Assembly: GCA_002189035.1 (NCBI GenBank)
Contig: NEEC01000281.1
Span: forward strand, 1-35,589
From: Utricularia gibba
Lineage: Eukaryota > Plantae > Magnoliophyta
DNA: 35,589 nt
Direction: 5' to 3'
The notes below the pieces were generated by a model, which saw nothing but the letters and a program-made list of their open reading frames with translations, ran no database searches and had not been told where the DNA came from. A program made the position numbers and the translations under genes. The stretch's first letter is position 1. Each line of letters starts with the position of its first letter. Below, piece after piece: positions 24,632 through 35,589 of this stretch.

Positions 24632-27600
24632 TTAAATGATCATCTCGAAAAAAAATTTCACATCGTCCCATGAAATACATATGTCTTGCATGTCAAAAAT
24701 CACATTCGCATCGAGTCAGTGTCCCGAGTCACATTTTCGCGAATGTGGTGGCCACTTCGTTGCACATCTGAAGGCTAATATAAGGCAATCTTTCGAGCAT
24801 TTGTGCAGCTCGGACGAACAAGTTCTCAACACGAAAGAAGACCGGCTCGGAACGAGCTTCGAAACGGTATGATATGTGCAACATGACTCATCACCGTTTG
24901 CAAGATATCCACTCGATACCGAAGAGTGCACGAGGCCACCATGAGGTTGTGGCTAGGGACACACATCTTAAATGATCATCTCGAAATCCAAAATTTCACA
25001 TCGTCCCATGAAATACATATGTCTTGCATGTCAAAAATCACATTCGCATCGAGTCAGGTGTCCCGAGTCACATTTTCGCGAACGTGGTGGCCACTTCGTT
25101 GCACATCTGAAGGCTAATATAAGGCAATCTTTCGAGCATTTGTGCCTCCTCGGACGAACAAGTTCTCAACACGAAAGAAGACCGGCTCGGAACGAGCTTC
25201 GAAACGTATGATATGTGCAACATGACTCATCACCGTTCGCAAGATATCCACTCGATACCGAAGAGTGCACGAGGCCACCATGAGGTGTGGCTAGGGACAC
25301 ACCCTTAAATGATCATCTCGAAATCCAAAATTTCACATCGTCCATGAAATACATACGTCTTGCATGTCAAAAATCACATTCGCATCGAGTCAGGTGTCCC
25401 GAGTCACATTTTCGCGAATGTGGTGGCCACTTCGTTGCACATCTGAAGGCTAATATAAGGCAATCTTTCGAGCATTTGTGCAGCCTCGGACGAACAAGTT
25501 CTCAACACGAAAAAGACCGGCTCGGAACGAGCTTCGAAACGGTATGATATGTGCAACATGACTCATCACCGTTCGCAAGATATCCACTCGATACCGAAGA
25601 GTGCACGAGGCCACCATGATGGCTAGGGACACACCCCATCTTAAATGATCATCTCGAAATCCAAATTTCACATCGTCCATGAAATACATACGTTGCATGT
25701 CAAAAATCACATTCGCATCGAGTCAGGTGTCCCGAGTCACATTTTCGCGAATGTGGTGGCCACTTCGTTGCACATCTGAAGGCTAATATAAGGCAATCTT
25801 TCGAGCATTTGTGCAGCTCGGACGAACAAGTTCTCAACACGAAAGAAGACCGGCTCGGAACGAGCTTCGAAACGGTATGATATGTGCAACATGACTCATC
25901 ACCGTTTGCAAGATATCCACTCGATACCGAAGAGTGCGAGGCCACCATGAGGTTGTGGCTAGGACACACCCCATCTTAAATGATCATCTCGAAATCCAAA
26001 TTTCACATCGTCCCATGAAATACATACGTCTTGCATGTCAAAAATCACATTCGCATCGCACGAGTCGTTTGTTTTTGGTGGCCACTTCGTTGCACATCTG
26101 AAGGCTAATATAAGGCAATCTTTCGAGCATTTGTGCCTCCTCGGACGAACAAGTTCTCAACACGAAAAAAGACCGGCTCGGAACGAGCTTCGAAACGGTA
26201 TGATATGTGCAACATGACTCATCACCGTTTGCAAGATATCCACTCGACCGAAGAGTGCACGAGGCCACCATGAGGTTTGGCTAGACACACCCATGGCATC
26301 TTAAATGATCATCTCGAAATCCAAAATTTCACATCGTCCCATGAAATACATATGTCTTGCATGTCAAAAATCACATTCGCATCGAGTCAGGTGTCCCGAG
26401 TCACATTTTCGCGACGTGGTGGCCACTTCGTTGCACATCTGAAGGCTAATATAAGGCAATCTTTCGAGCATTTGTGCAGCCTCGGACGAACAAGTTCTCA
26501 ACACGAAAGAAGACCGGCTCGGAACGAGCTTCGAAACGGTATGATATGTGCAACATGACTCATCACCGTTCGCAAGATATCCACTCGATACCGAAGAGTG
26601 CACGAGGCCACCATGAGGTGTGGCTAGGACACACCCTTAAATGATCATCTCGAAATCCAAAATTTCACATCGTCCCATGAAATACATACGTCTTGCATGT
26701 CAAAAATCACATTCGCATCGAGTCAGGTCCCGAGTCACATTTTCGCGAATGTGGTGGCCACTTCGTTGCACATCTGAAGGCTAATATAAGGCAATCTTTC
26801 GAGCATTTGTGCCCTCGGACGAACAAGTTCTCAACACGAAAGAAGACCGGCTCGGAACGAGCTTCGAAACGGTATGATATGTGCAACATGACTCATCACC
26901 GTTCGCAAGATATCCACTCGATACCGAAGAGTGCACGAGGCCACCATGAGGTGTGGCTAGGGACACACCTTAAATGATCATCTCGAAATCCAAAATTTCA
27001 CATCGTCCCATGAAATACATACGTCTTGCATGTCAAAAATCACATTCGCATCGAGTCAGGTGTCCCGAGTCACATTTTCGCGAATGTGGTGGCCACTTCG
27101 TTGCACATCTGAAGGCTAATATAAGGCAATCTTTCGAGCATTTGTGCACTCGGACGAACAAGTTCTCAACACGAAAGAAGACCGGCTCGGAACGAGCTTC
27201 GAAACGGTATGATATGTGCAACATGACTCATCACCGTTCGCAAGATATCCACTCGATACCGAAGAGTGCACGAGGCCACCATGAGGTTGTGGCTAGGGAC
27301 ACACATCTTAAATGATCATCTCGAAATCCAAAATTTCACATCGTCCATGAAATACATACGTCTTGCATGTCAAAAATCACATTCGCATCGAGTCAGGTGT
27401 CCCGAGTCACATTTTCGCGAATGTGGTGGCCACTTCGTTGCACATCTGAAGGCTAATATAAGGCAATCTTTCGAGCATTTGTGCAGCTCGGACGAACAAG
27501 TTCTCAACACGAAAGAAGACCGGCTCGGAACGAGCTTCGAAACGGTATATGATATGTGCAACATGACTCATCACCGTTAAGATATCCACTCGATACCGAA

Positions 27601-27645
27601 GAGTGCACGAGGCCACCATGAGGTGTGGCTAGGACACACCCCATC
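24632..27645 (+). repeat. 9-monomer higher-order repeat unit, copy 1 (3014 bp)
   Basis: Nine monomers. B markers sit at monomer positions 1, 2, 5 and 6 and recur 9 monomers later (see HOR finding). Confidence 0.7.
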
Positions 27646-30600
27646 TTAAATGATCATCTCGAAATCCGAAATTTCACATCGTCCATGAAATACATATGTC
27701 TTGCATGTCAAAAATCACATTCGCATCGAGTCAGGTGTCCCGAGTCACATTTTCGCGAATGTGGTGGCCACTTCGTTGCACATCTGAAGGCTAATATAAG
27801 GCAATCTTTCGAGCATTTGTGCAGCCTCGGACGAACAAGTTCTCAACACGAAAGAAGACCGGCTCGGAACGAGCTTCGAAACGGTATGATATGTGCAACA
27901 TGACTCATCACCGTTTGCAAGATATCCACTCGATACCGAAGAGTGCACGAGGCCACCATGAGGTTGTGGCTAGGACACACCCCATCTTAAATGATCATCT
28001 CGAAATCCGAAATTTCACATCGTCCCATGAAATACATATGTCTTGCATGTCAAAAATCACATTCGCATCGAGTCAGGTGTCCCGAGTCACATTTTCGCGA
28101 ACGTGGTGGCCACTTCGTTGCACATCTGAAGGCTAATATAAGGCAATCTTTCGAGCATTTGTGCTCCTCGGACGAACAAGTTCTCAACACGAAAGAAGAC
28201 CGGCTCGGAACGAGCTTCGAAACGGTATGATATGTGCAACATGACTCATCACCGTTCGCAAGATATCCACTCGATACCGAAGAGTGCACGAGGCCACCAT
28301 GAGGTGTGCTAGGGACACACCCTTAAATGATCATCTCGAAATCCAAAATTTCACATCGTCCCATGAAATACATACGTCTTGCATGTCAAAAATCACATTC
28401 GCATCGAGTCAGGTGTCCCGAGTCACATTTTTCGCGAATGTGGTGGCCACTTCGTTGCACATCTGAAGGCTAATATAAGGCAATCTTTCGAGCATTTGTG
28501 CAGCTCGGACGAACAAGTTCTCAACACGAAAGAAGACCGGCTCGGAACGAGCTTCGAAACGGTATGATATGTGCAACATGACTCATCACCGTTCGCAAGA
28601 TATCCACTCGATACCGAAGAGTGCACGAGGCCACCATGAGGTGTGGCTAGGACACACCCCTTAAATGATCATCTCGAAATCCAAAATTTCACATCGTCCC
28701 ATGAAATACATACGTCTTGCATGTCAAAAATCACATTCGCATCGAGTCAGTGTCCCGAGTCACATTTTCGCGAATGTGGTGGCCACTTCGTTGCACATCT
28801 GAAGGCTAATATAAGGCAATCTTTCGAGCATTTGTGCAGCCTCGGACGAACAAGTTCTCAACACGAAAGAAGACCGGCTCGGAACGAGCTTCGAAACGGT
28901 ATGATATGTGCAACATGACTCATCACCGTTTGCAAGATATCCACTCGATACCGAAGAGTGCACGAGGCCACCATGAGGTTGTGGCTAGGGACACAGCATC
29001 TTAAATGATCATCTCGAAATCCAAATTTCACATCGTCCCATGAAATACATATGTCTTGCATGTCAAAAATCACATTCGCATCGAGTCAGGTGTCCCGAGT
29101 CACATTTTCGCGAACGTGGTGGCCACTTCGTTGCACATCTGAAGGCTAATATAAGGCAATCTTTCGAGCATTTGTGCCCTCGGACGAACAAGTTCTCAAC
29201 ACGAAAAAGACGGCTCGGAACGAGCTTCGAAACGGTATGATATGTGCAACATGACTCATCACCGTTTTGCAAGATATCCACTCGATACCGAAGAGTGCAC
29301 GAGGCCACCATGAGGTTGTGGCTAGGACACACCATGGCATCTTAAATGATCATCTCGAAATCCAAAATTTCACATCGTCCCATGAAATACATATGTTTTG
29401 CATGTCAAAAATCACATTCGCATCGAGTCAGGTGTCCCGAGTTTCGCGAACGTGGTGGCCACTTCGTTGCACATCTGAAGGCTAATATAAGGCAATCTTT
29501 CGAGCATTTGTGCAGCCTCGGACGAACAAGTTCTCAACACGAAAGAAGACGGCTCGGAACGAGCTTCGAAACGGTATGATATGTGCAACATGACTCATCA
29601 CCGTTCGCAAGATATCCACTCGATACCGAAGAGTGCACGAGGCCACCATGAGGTGTGGCTAGGGACACACCCTTAAATGATCATCTCGAAATCCAAAATT
29701 TCACATCGTCCCATGAAATACATACGTCTTGCATGTCAAAAATCACATTCGCATCGAGTCAGGTGTCCCGAGTCACATTTTCGCGAATGTGGTGGCCACT
29801 TCGTTGCACATCTGAAGGCTAATATAAGGCAATCTTTCGAGCATTTGTGCCCTCGGACGAACAAGTTCTCAACACGAAAGAAGACCGGCTCGGAACGAGC
29901 TTCGAAACGGTATGATATGTGCAACATGACTCATCACCGTTCGCAAGATATCCACTCGATACCGAAGAGTGCACGAGGCCACCATGAGGTGTGGCTAGGG
30001 ACACACCCCTTAAATGATCATCTCGAAATCCAAAATTTCACATCGTCCCATGAAATACATACGTCTTGCATGTCAAAAATCACATTCGCATCGAGTCAGG
30101 TGTCCCGAGTCACATTTTCGCGAAATGTGGTGGCCACTTCGTTGCACATCTGAAGGCTAATATAAGGCAATCTTTCGAGCATTTGTGCAGCCTCGGACGA
30201 ACAAGTTCTCAACACGAAAGAAGAGGCTCGGAACGAGCTTCGAAACGGTATGATATGTGCAACATGACTCATCACCGTTCGCAAGATATCCACTCGATAC
30301 CGAAGAGTGCACGAGGCCACCATGAGGTTGTGGCTAGGACACACCCTTAAATGATCATCTCGAAATCAAAATTTCACATCGTCCCATGAAATACATATGT
30401 CTTGCATGTCAAAAATCACATTCGCATCGAGTCAGGTGTCCCGAGTCACATTTTCGCGAATGTGGTGGCCACTTCGTTGCACATCTGAAGCTAATATAAG
30501 GCAATCTTTCGAGCATTTGTGCAGCCTCGGACGAACAAGTTCTCAACACGAAAGAAGACCGGCTCGGAACGAGCTTCGAAACGGTATGATATGTGCAACA

Positions 30601-30684
30601 TGACTCATCACCATTTGCAAGATATCCACTCGATACCGAAGAGTGCACGAGGCCACCATGAGGTTGTGGCTAGGGACACACATC
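27646..30684 (+). repeat. 9-monomer higher-order repeat unit, copy 2 (3039 bp)
   Basis: Monomer starts 27646, 27987, 28323, 28661, 29001, 29342, 29673, 30010, 30347. The marker pattern matches the adjacent units. Confidence 0.75.
28925..29460 (+). repeat. Representative B-type block (two consecutive B-like junctions)
   Basis: CCGTTTGC (28928, 29264), GAGGTTGTGG, long junctions (ACAGCATCTTAAA ~28993; CACCATGGCATCTTAAA ~29330), ATACATATG (29049, 29390), GTTTTGC (29395) and GCGAACG (29110, 29446). Confidence 0.8.
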
Positions 30685-33600
30685 TTAAATGATCATCTCG
30701 AAATCCAAAATTTCACATCGTCCCATGAAATACATATGTCTTGCATGTCAAAAATCACATTCGCATCGAGTCAGGTGTCCCGAGTCACATTTTCGCGAAT
30801 GTGGTGGCCACTTCGTTGCACATCTGAAGGCTAATATAAGGCAATCTTTCGAGCATTTGTGCAGCCTCGGACGAACAAGTTCTCAACACGAAAGAAGACC
30901 GGCTCGGAACGAGCTTCGAAACGGTATGATATGTGCAACATGACTCATCACCGTTTGCAAGATATCCACTCGATACCGAAGAGTGCACGAGGCCACCATG
31001 AGGTTGTGGCTAGGACACACACATCTTAAATGATCATCTCGAAATCCAAAATTTCACATCGTCCCATGAAATACATACGTCTTGCATGTCAAAAATCACA
31101 TTCGCATCGAGTCAGGTGTCCCGAGTCACATTTTCGCGAACGTGGTGGCCACTTCGTTGCACATCTGAAGGCTAATATAAGCAATCTTTCGAGCATTTGT
31201 GCCTCCTCGGACGAACAAGTTCTCAACACGAAAGAAGACCGGCTCGGAACGAGCTTCGAAACGGTATGATATGTGCAACATGACTCATCACCGTTCGCAA
31301 GATATCCACTCGATACCGAAGAGTGCACGAGGCCACCATGAGGTGTGGCTAGGACACACACCTTAAATGATCATCTCGAAATCCAAAATTTCACATCGTC
31401 CCATGAAATACATACGTCTTGCATGTCAAAAATCACATTCGCATCGAGTCAGGTGTCCCGAGTCACATTTTCGCGAATGTGGTGGCCACTTCGTTGCACA
31501 TCTGAAGGCTAATATAAGGCAATCTTTCGAGCATTTGTGCAGCTCGGACGAACAAGTTCTCAACACGAAAGAAGCGGCTCGGAACGAGCTTCGAAACGGT
31601 ATGATATGTGCAACATGACTCATCACCGTTCGCAAGATATCCACTCGATACCGAAGAGTGCACGAGGCCACCATGAGGTGGTGGCTAGGGACACACCCCA
31701 TTAAATGATCATCTCGAAATCCAAAATTTCACATCGTCCCATGAAATACATACGTCTTGCATGTCAAAAATCACATTCGCATCGAGTCAGGTGTCCCGAG
31801 TCACATTTTCGCGAATGTGGTGGCCACTTCGTTGCACATCTGAAGGCTAATATAAGGCAATCTTTCGAGCATTTGTGCAGCCTCGGACGAACAAGTTCTC
31901 AACACGAAAGAAGACCGGCTCGGAACGAGCTTCGAAACGGTATGATATGTGCAACATGACTCATCACCATTTGCAAGATATCCACTCGATACCGAAGAGT
32001 GCACGAGGCCACCATGAGGTTGTGGCTAGGGACACACATCTTAAATGATCATCTCGAAATCCAAAATTTCACATCGTCCATGAAATACATACGTCTTGCA
32101 TGTCAAAAATCACATTCGCATCGAGTCAGGTGTCCCGAGTCACATTTTCGCGAACGTGGTGGCCACTTCGTTGCACATCTGAAGGCTAATATAAGGCAAT
32201 CTTTCGAGCATTTGTGCCTCCTCGGACGAACAAGTTCTCAACACGAAAAAAGACCGGCTCGGAACGAGCTTCGAAACGGTATTATGTGCAACATGACTCA
32301 TCACCGTTCGCAAGATATCCACTCGATACCGAAGAGTGCACGAGGCCACCATGAGGTTGTGGCTAGACACACCCCATCTTAAATGATCATCTCGAAATCC
32401 AAAATTTCACATCGTCCCATGAAATACATATGTTTTGCATGTCAAAAATCACATTCGCATCGTCAGGTGTCCCGAGTCACATTTTCGCGAACGTGGTGGC
32501 CACTTCGTTGCACATCTGAAGGCTAATATAAGGCAATCTTTCGAGCATTTGTGCAGCCTCGGACGAACAAGTCTCAACACGAAAGAAGACCGGCTCGGAA
32601 CGAGCTTCGAAACGGTATGATATGTGCAAACATGACTCATCACCGTTCGCAAGATATCCACTCGATACCGAAGAGTGCACGAGGCCACCATGAGGTGGTG
32701 GCTAGGGACACACCCTTAAATGATCATCTCGAAATCCAAAATTTCACATCGTCCCATGAAATACATACGTCTTGCATGTCAAAAATCACATTCGCATCGA
32801 GTCAGGTGTCCCGAGTCACATTTTCGCGAATGTGGTGGCCACTTCGTTGCACATCTGAAGGCTAATATAAGGCAATCTTTCGAGCATTTGTGCAGACGAA
32901 CAAGTTCTCAACACGAAAGAAGACCGGCTCGGAACGAGCTTCGAAACGGTATGATATGTGCAACATGACTCATCACCGTTCGCAAGATATCCACTCGATA
33001 CCGAAGAGTGCACGAGGCCACCATGAGGTTGTGGCTAGGACACACCCTTAAATGATCATCTCGAAATCCAAAATTTCACATCGTCCCATGAAATACATAC
33101 GTCTTGCATGTCAAAAATCACATTCGCATCGAGTCAGGTGTCCCGAGTCACATTTTCGCGAATGTGGTGGCCACTTCGTTGCACATCTGAAGGCTAATAT
33201 AAGGCAATCTTTCGAGCATTTTGTGCTCGGACGAACAAGTTCTCAACACGAAAGAAGAGGCTCGAACGAGCTTCGAAACGGTATGATATGTGCAACATGA
33301 CTCATCACCGTTCGCAAGATATCCACTCGATACCGAAGAGTGCACGAGGCCACCATGAGGTTGTGGCTAGGGACACACCCATCTTAAATGATCATCTCGA
33401 AATCCAAAATTTCACATCGTCCCATGAAATACATATGTCTTGCATGTCAAAAATCACATTCGCATCGAGTCAGGTGTCCCGAGTCACATTTTCGCGAATG
33501 TGGTGGCCACTTCGTTGCACATCTGAAGGCTAATATAAGGCAATCTTTCGAGCATTTGTGCAGCCTCGGACGAACAAGTTCTCAACACGAAAGAAGACCG

Positions 33601-33725
33601 GCTCGGAACGAGCTTCGAAACGGTATGATATGTGCAACATGACTCATCACCGTTTGCAAGATATCCACTCGATACCGAAGAGTGCACGAGGCCACCATGA
33701 GGTTGTGGCTAGGACACACCCCATC
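30685..33725 (+). repeat. 9-monomer higher-order repeat unit, copy 3 (3041 bp)
   Basis: Monomer starts 30685, 31026, 31363, 31701, 32041, 32379, 32716, 33048, 33384. A fourth unit begins at 33726 and keeps the pattern for about 2 monomers. Confidence 0.72.
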
Positions 33726-35589
33726 TTAAATGATCATCTCGAAATCCAAAATTTCACATCGTCCCATGAAATACATATGTCTTGCATGTCAAAAATCACA
33801 TTCGCATCGAGTCAGGTGTCCCGAGTCACATTTTCGCGAATGTGGTGGCCACTTCGTTGCACATCTGAAGGCTAATATAAGGCAATCTTTCGAGCATTTG
33901 TGCAGCTCGGACGAACAAGTTCTCAACACGAAAGAAGACCGGCTCGGAACGAGCTTCGAAACGGTATGATATGTGCAACATGACTCATCACCGTTTGCAA
34001 GATATCCACTCGATACCGAAGAGTGCACGAGGCCACCATGAGGTGTGGCTAGGGACACACCCCATCTTAAATGATCATCTCGAAATCAAAATTTCACATC
34101 GTCCCATGAAATACATATGTCTTGCATGTCAAAAATCACATTCGCATCGAGTCAGGTGTCCGAGTCACATTTTCGCGAACGTGGTGGCCACTTCGTTGCA
34201 CATCTGAAGGCTAATATAAGGCAATCTTTCGAGCATTTGTGTCGGACGAACAAGTTCTCAACACGAAAGAAGACCGGCTCGGAACGAGCTTCGGTATGAT
34301 ATGTGCAACATGACTCATCACCGTTTGCAAGATATCCACTCGATACCGAAGAGTGCACGAGGCCACCATGAGGTTGTGGCTAGGGACACACCCATCTTAA
34401 ATGATCATCTCGAAATCCGAAATTTCACATCGTCCCATGAAATACATACGTCTTGCAAAAATCACATTCGCATCGAGTCAGGTGTCCCGAGTCACATTTT
34501 CGCGGTGGTGGCCACTTCGTTGCACATCTGAAGGCTAATATAAGGCAATCTTTCGAGCATTTGTGCAGCCTCGGACGAACAAGTTCTCAACACGAAAGAA
34601 GACGGCTCGGAACGAGCTTCGAAACGGTATGATATGTGCAACATGACTCATCACCGTTCGCAAGATATCCACTCGATACCGAAGAGTGCACGAGGCCACC
34701 ATGAGGTGTGGCTAGGGACACACCCTTAAATGATCATCTCGAAATCCCAAATTTCACATCGTCCCATGAAAATACATACGTCTTGCATGTCAAAAATCAC
34801 ATTCGCATCGAGTCAGGTGTCCCGAGTCACATTTTTCGCGAATGTGGCCACTTCGTTGCACATCTGAAGGCTAATATAAGGCAATCTTTCGAGCATTTTG
34901 TGCTCGGACGAACAAGTTCTCAACACGAAAGAAGACCGGCTCGGAACGAGCTTCGAAACGGTATGATATGTGCAACATGACTCATCACCGTTCGCAAGAT
35001 ATCCACTCGATACCGAAGAGTGCACGAGGCCACCATGAGGTGTGGCTAGGACACACCCTTAAATGATCATCTCGAAATCCAAAATTTCACATCGTCCCAT
35101 GAAATACATACGTCTTGCATGTCAAAAATCACATTCGCATCGAGTCAGGTGTCCCGAGTCACATTTTCGCGAATGTGGTGGCCACTTCGTTGCACATCTG
35201 AAGGCTAATATAAAGGCAATCTTTCGAGCATTTGTGCAGCCTCGGACGAACAAGTTCTCAACACGAAAGAAGACTGGCTCGGAACGAGCTTCGAAACGGT
35301 ATGATATGTGCAACATGACTCATCACCGTTCGCAAGATATCCACTCGATACCGAAGAGTGCACGAGGCCACCATGAGGTTGTGGCTAGGGACACACCCCA
35401 AATGATCATCTCGAAATCCAAAATTTCACATCGTCCCATGAAATACATACGTCTTGCATGTCAAAAATCACATTCGCATCGAGTCAGGTGTCCCGAGTCA
35501 CATTTTCGCGAATGTGGTGGCCACTTCGTTGCACATCTGAAGGCTAATATAAGGCAATCTTTCGAGCATTTGTGCCTCGGACGAACAAG

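Larger units (their letters stand above)
1..35589 (+). repeat. Tandem satellite DNA array, ~337-339 bp monomer, ~105 head-to-tail copies, all in one orientation
   Basis: The landmark TTAAATGATCATCTCGAAATCC recurs every ~336-341 bp (e.g. 24632, 24968, 25305, 25641, 25976, 26301, 26637, 26970, 27308, 27646). Consensus: ttaaatgatcatctcgaaatccaaaatttcacatcgtcccatgaaatacatacgtcttgcatgtcaaaaatcacattcgcatcgagtcaggtgtcccgagtcacattttcgcgaatgtggtggccacttcgttgcacatctgaaggctaatataaggcaatctttcgagcatttgtgcagcctcggacgaacaagttctcaacacgaaagaagaccggctcggaacgagcttcgaaacggtatgatatgtgcaacatgactcatcaccgttcgcaagatatccactcgataccgaagagtgcacgaggccaccatgaggtggtggctagggacacaccc. I saw no unique sequence longer than ~25 bp and no inversion. 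The array runs off both ends of the window. Confidence 0.99.

Noticed and set aside
77-35316. All ORFs in the six-frame track, including 250 aa at 11070-11822 and 177 aa at 15240-15773 and 22106-22639
   Set aside because: They are the same few monomer translations spliced by 1-bp indels. Lengths vary at random, there is no recognisable domain, and both strands overlap equally.
1-35589. CRISPR array
   Set aside because: There are no unique spacers; the whole ~338-bp unit repeats, and no cas genes are present.
1-35589. 5S rDNA, tRNA or snRNA tandem gene cluster
   Set aside because: I found no match to the conserved 5S sequence or a cloverleaf on either strand. GCTTCGAAACG resembles a Pol III B-box only loosely, and there is no convincing A-box or terminator.
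1-35589. Rolling-circle concatemer of a single ~339-nt circle
   Set aside because: Linked substitution haplotypes with 9-monomer periodicity and a CpG-biased spectrum cannot come from one template plus read error. A larger circular template is not formally excluded.

Overview
The whole 35,589-bp window is one head-to-tail tandem satellite array on a single strand. It holds about 105 copies of a ~337-339 bp monomer (hand-counted consensus 339 bp, ~47% GC, 23 CpG). I find no supportable gene, RNA gene, transposon or CRISPR array; every ORF in the track is a translation of the monomer joined by indels. The array has structure. (1) Two linked monomer haplotypes, A and B, differ at about 8 sites and at a hypervariable junction. 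(2) From ~23 to ~34.4 kb the B markers recur every 9 monomers (~3.03-3.04 kb), a higher-order repeat (HOR). (3) Most recurrent substitutions are CpG transitions, consistent with methylated eukaryotic heterochromatin. (4) Some variants are confined to sub-domains of the array. (5) There is one clean 55-bp duplication and one clean ~111-bp deletion. (6) Several scrambled patches (8.2-10.7, 12.7-12.9 and 19.6-21.7 kb) and pervasive homopolymer indels look like long-read consensus artefacts. I cannot name the satellite family or organism from the sequence alone. The HOR is the best candidate for something undescribed; I see no evidence of a novel coding system.
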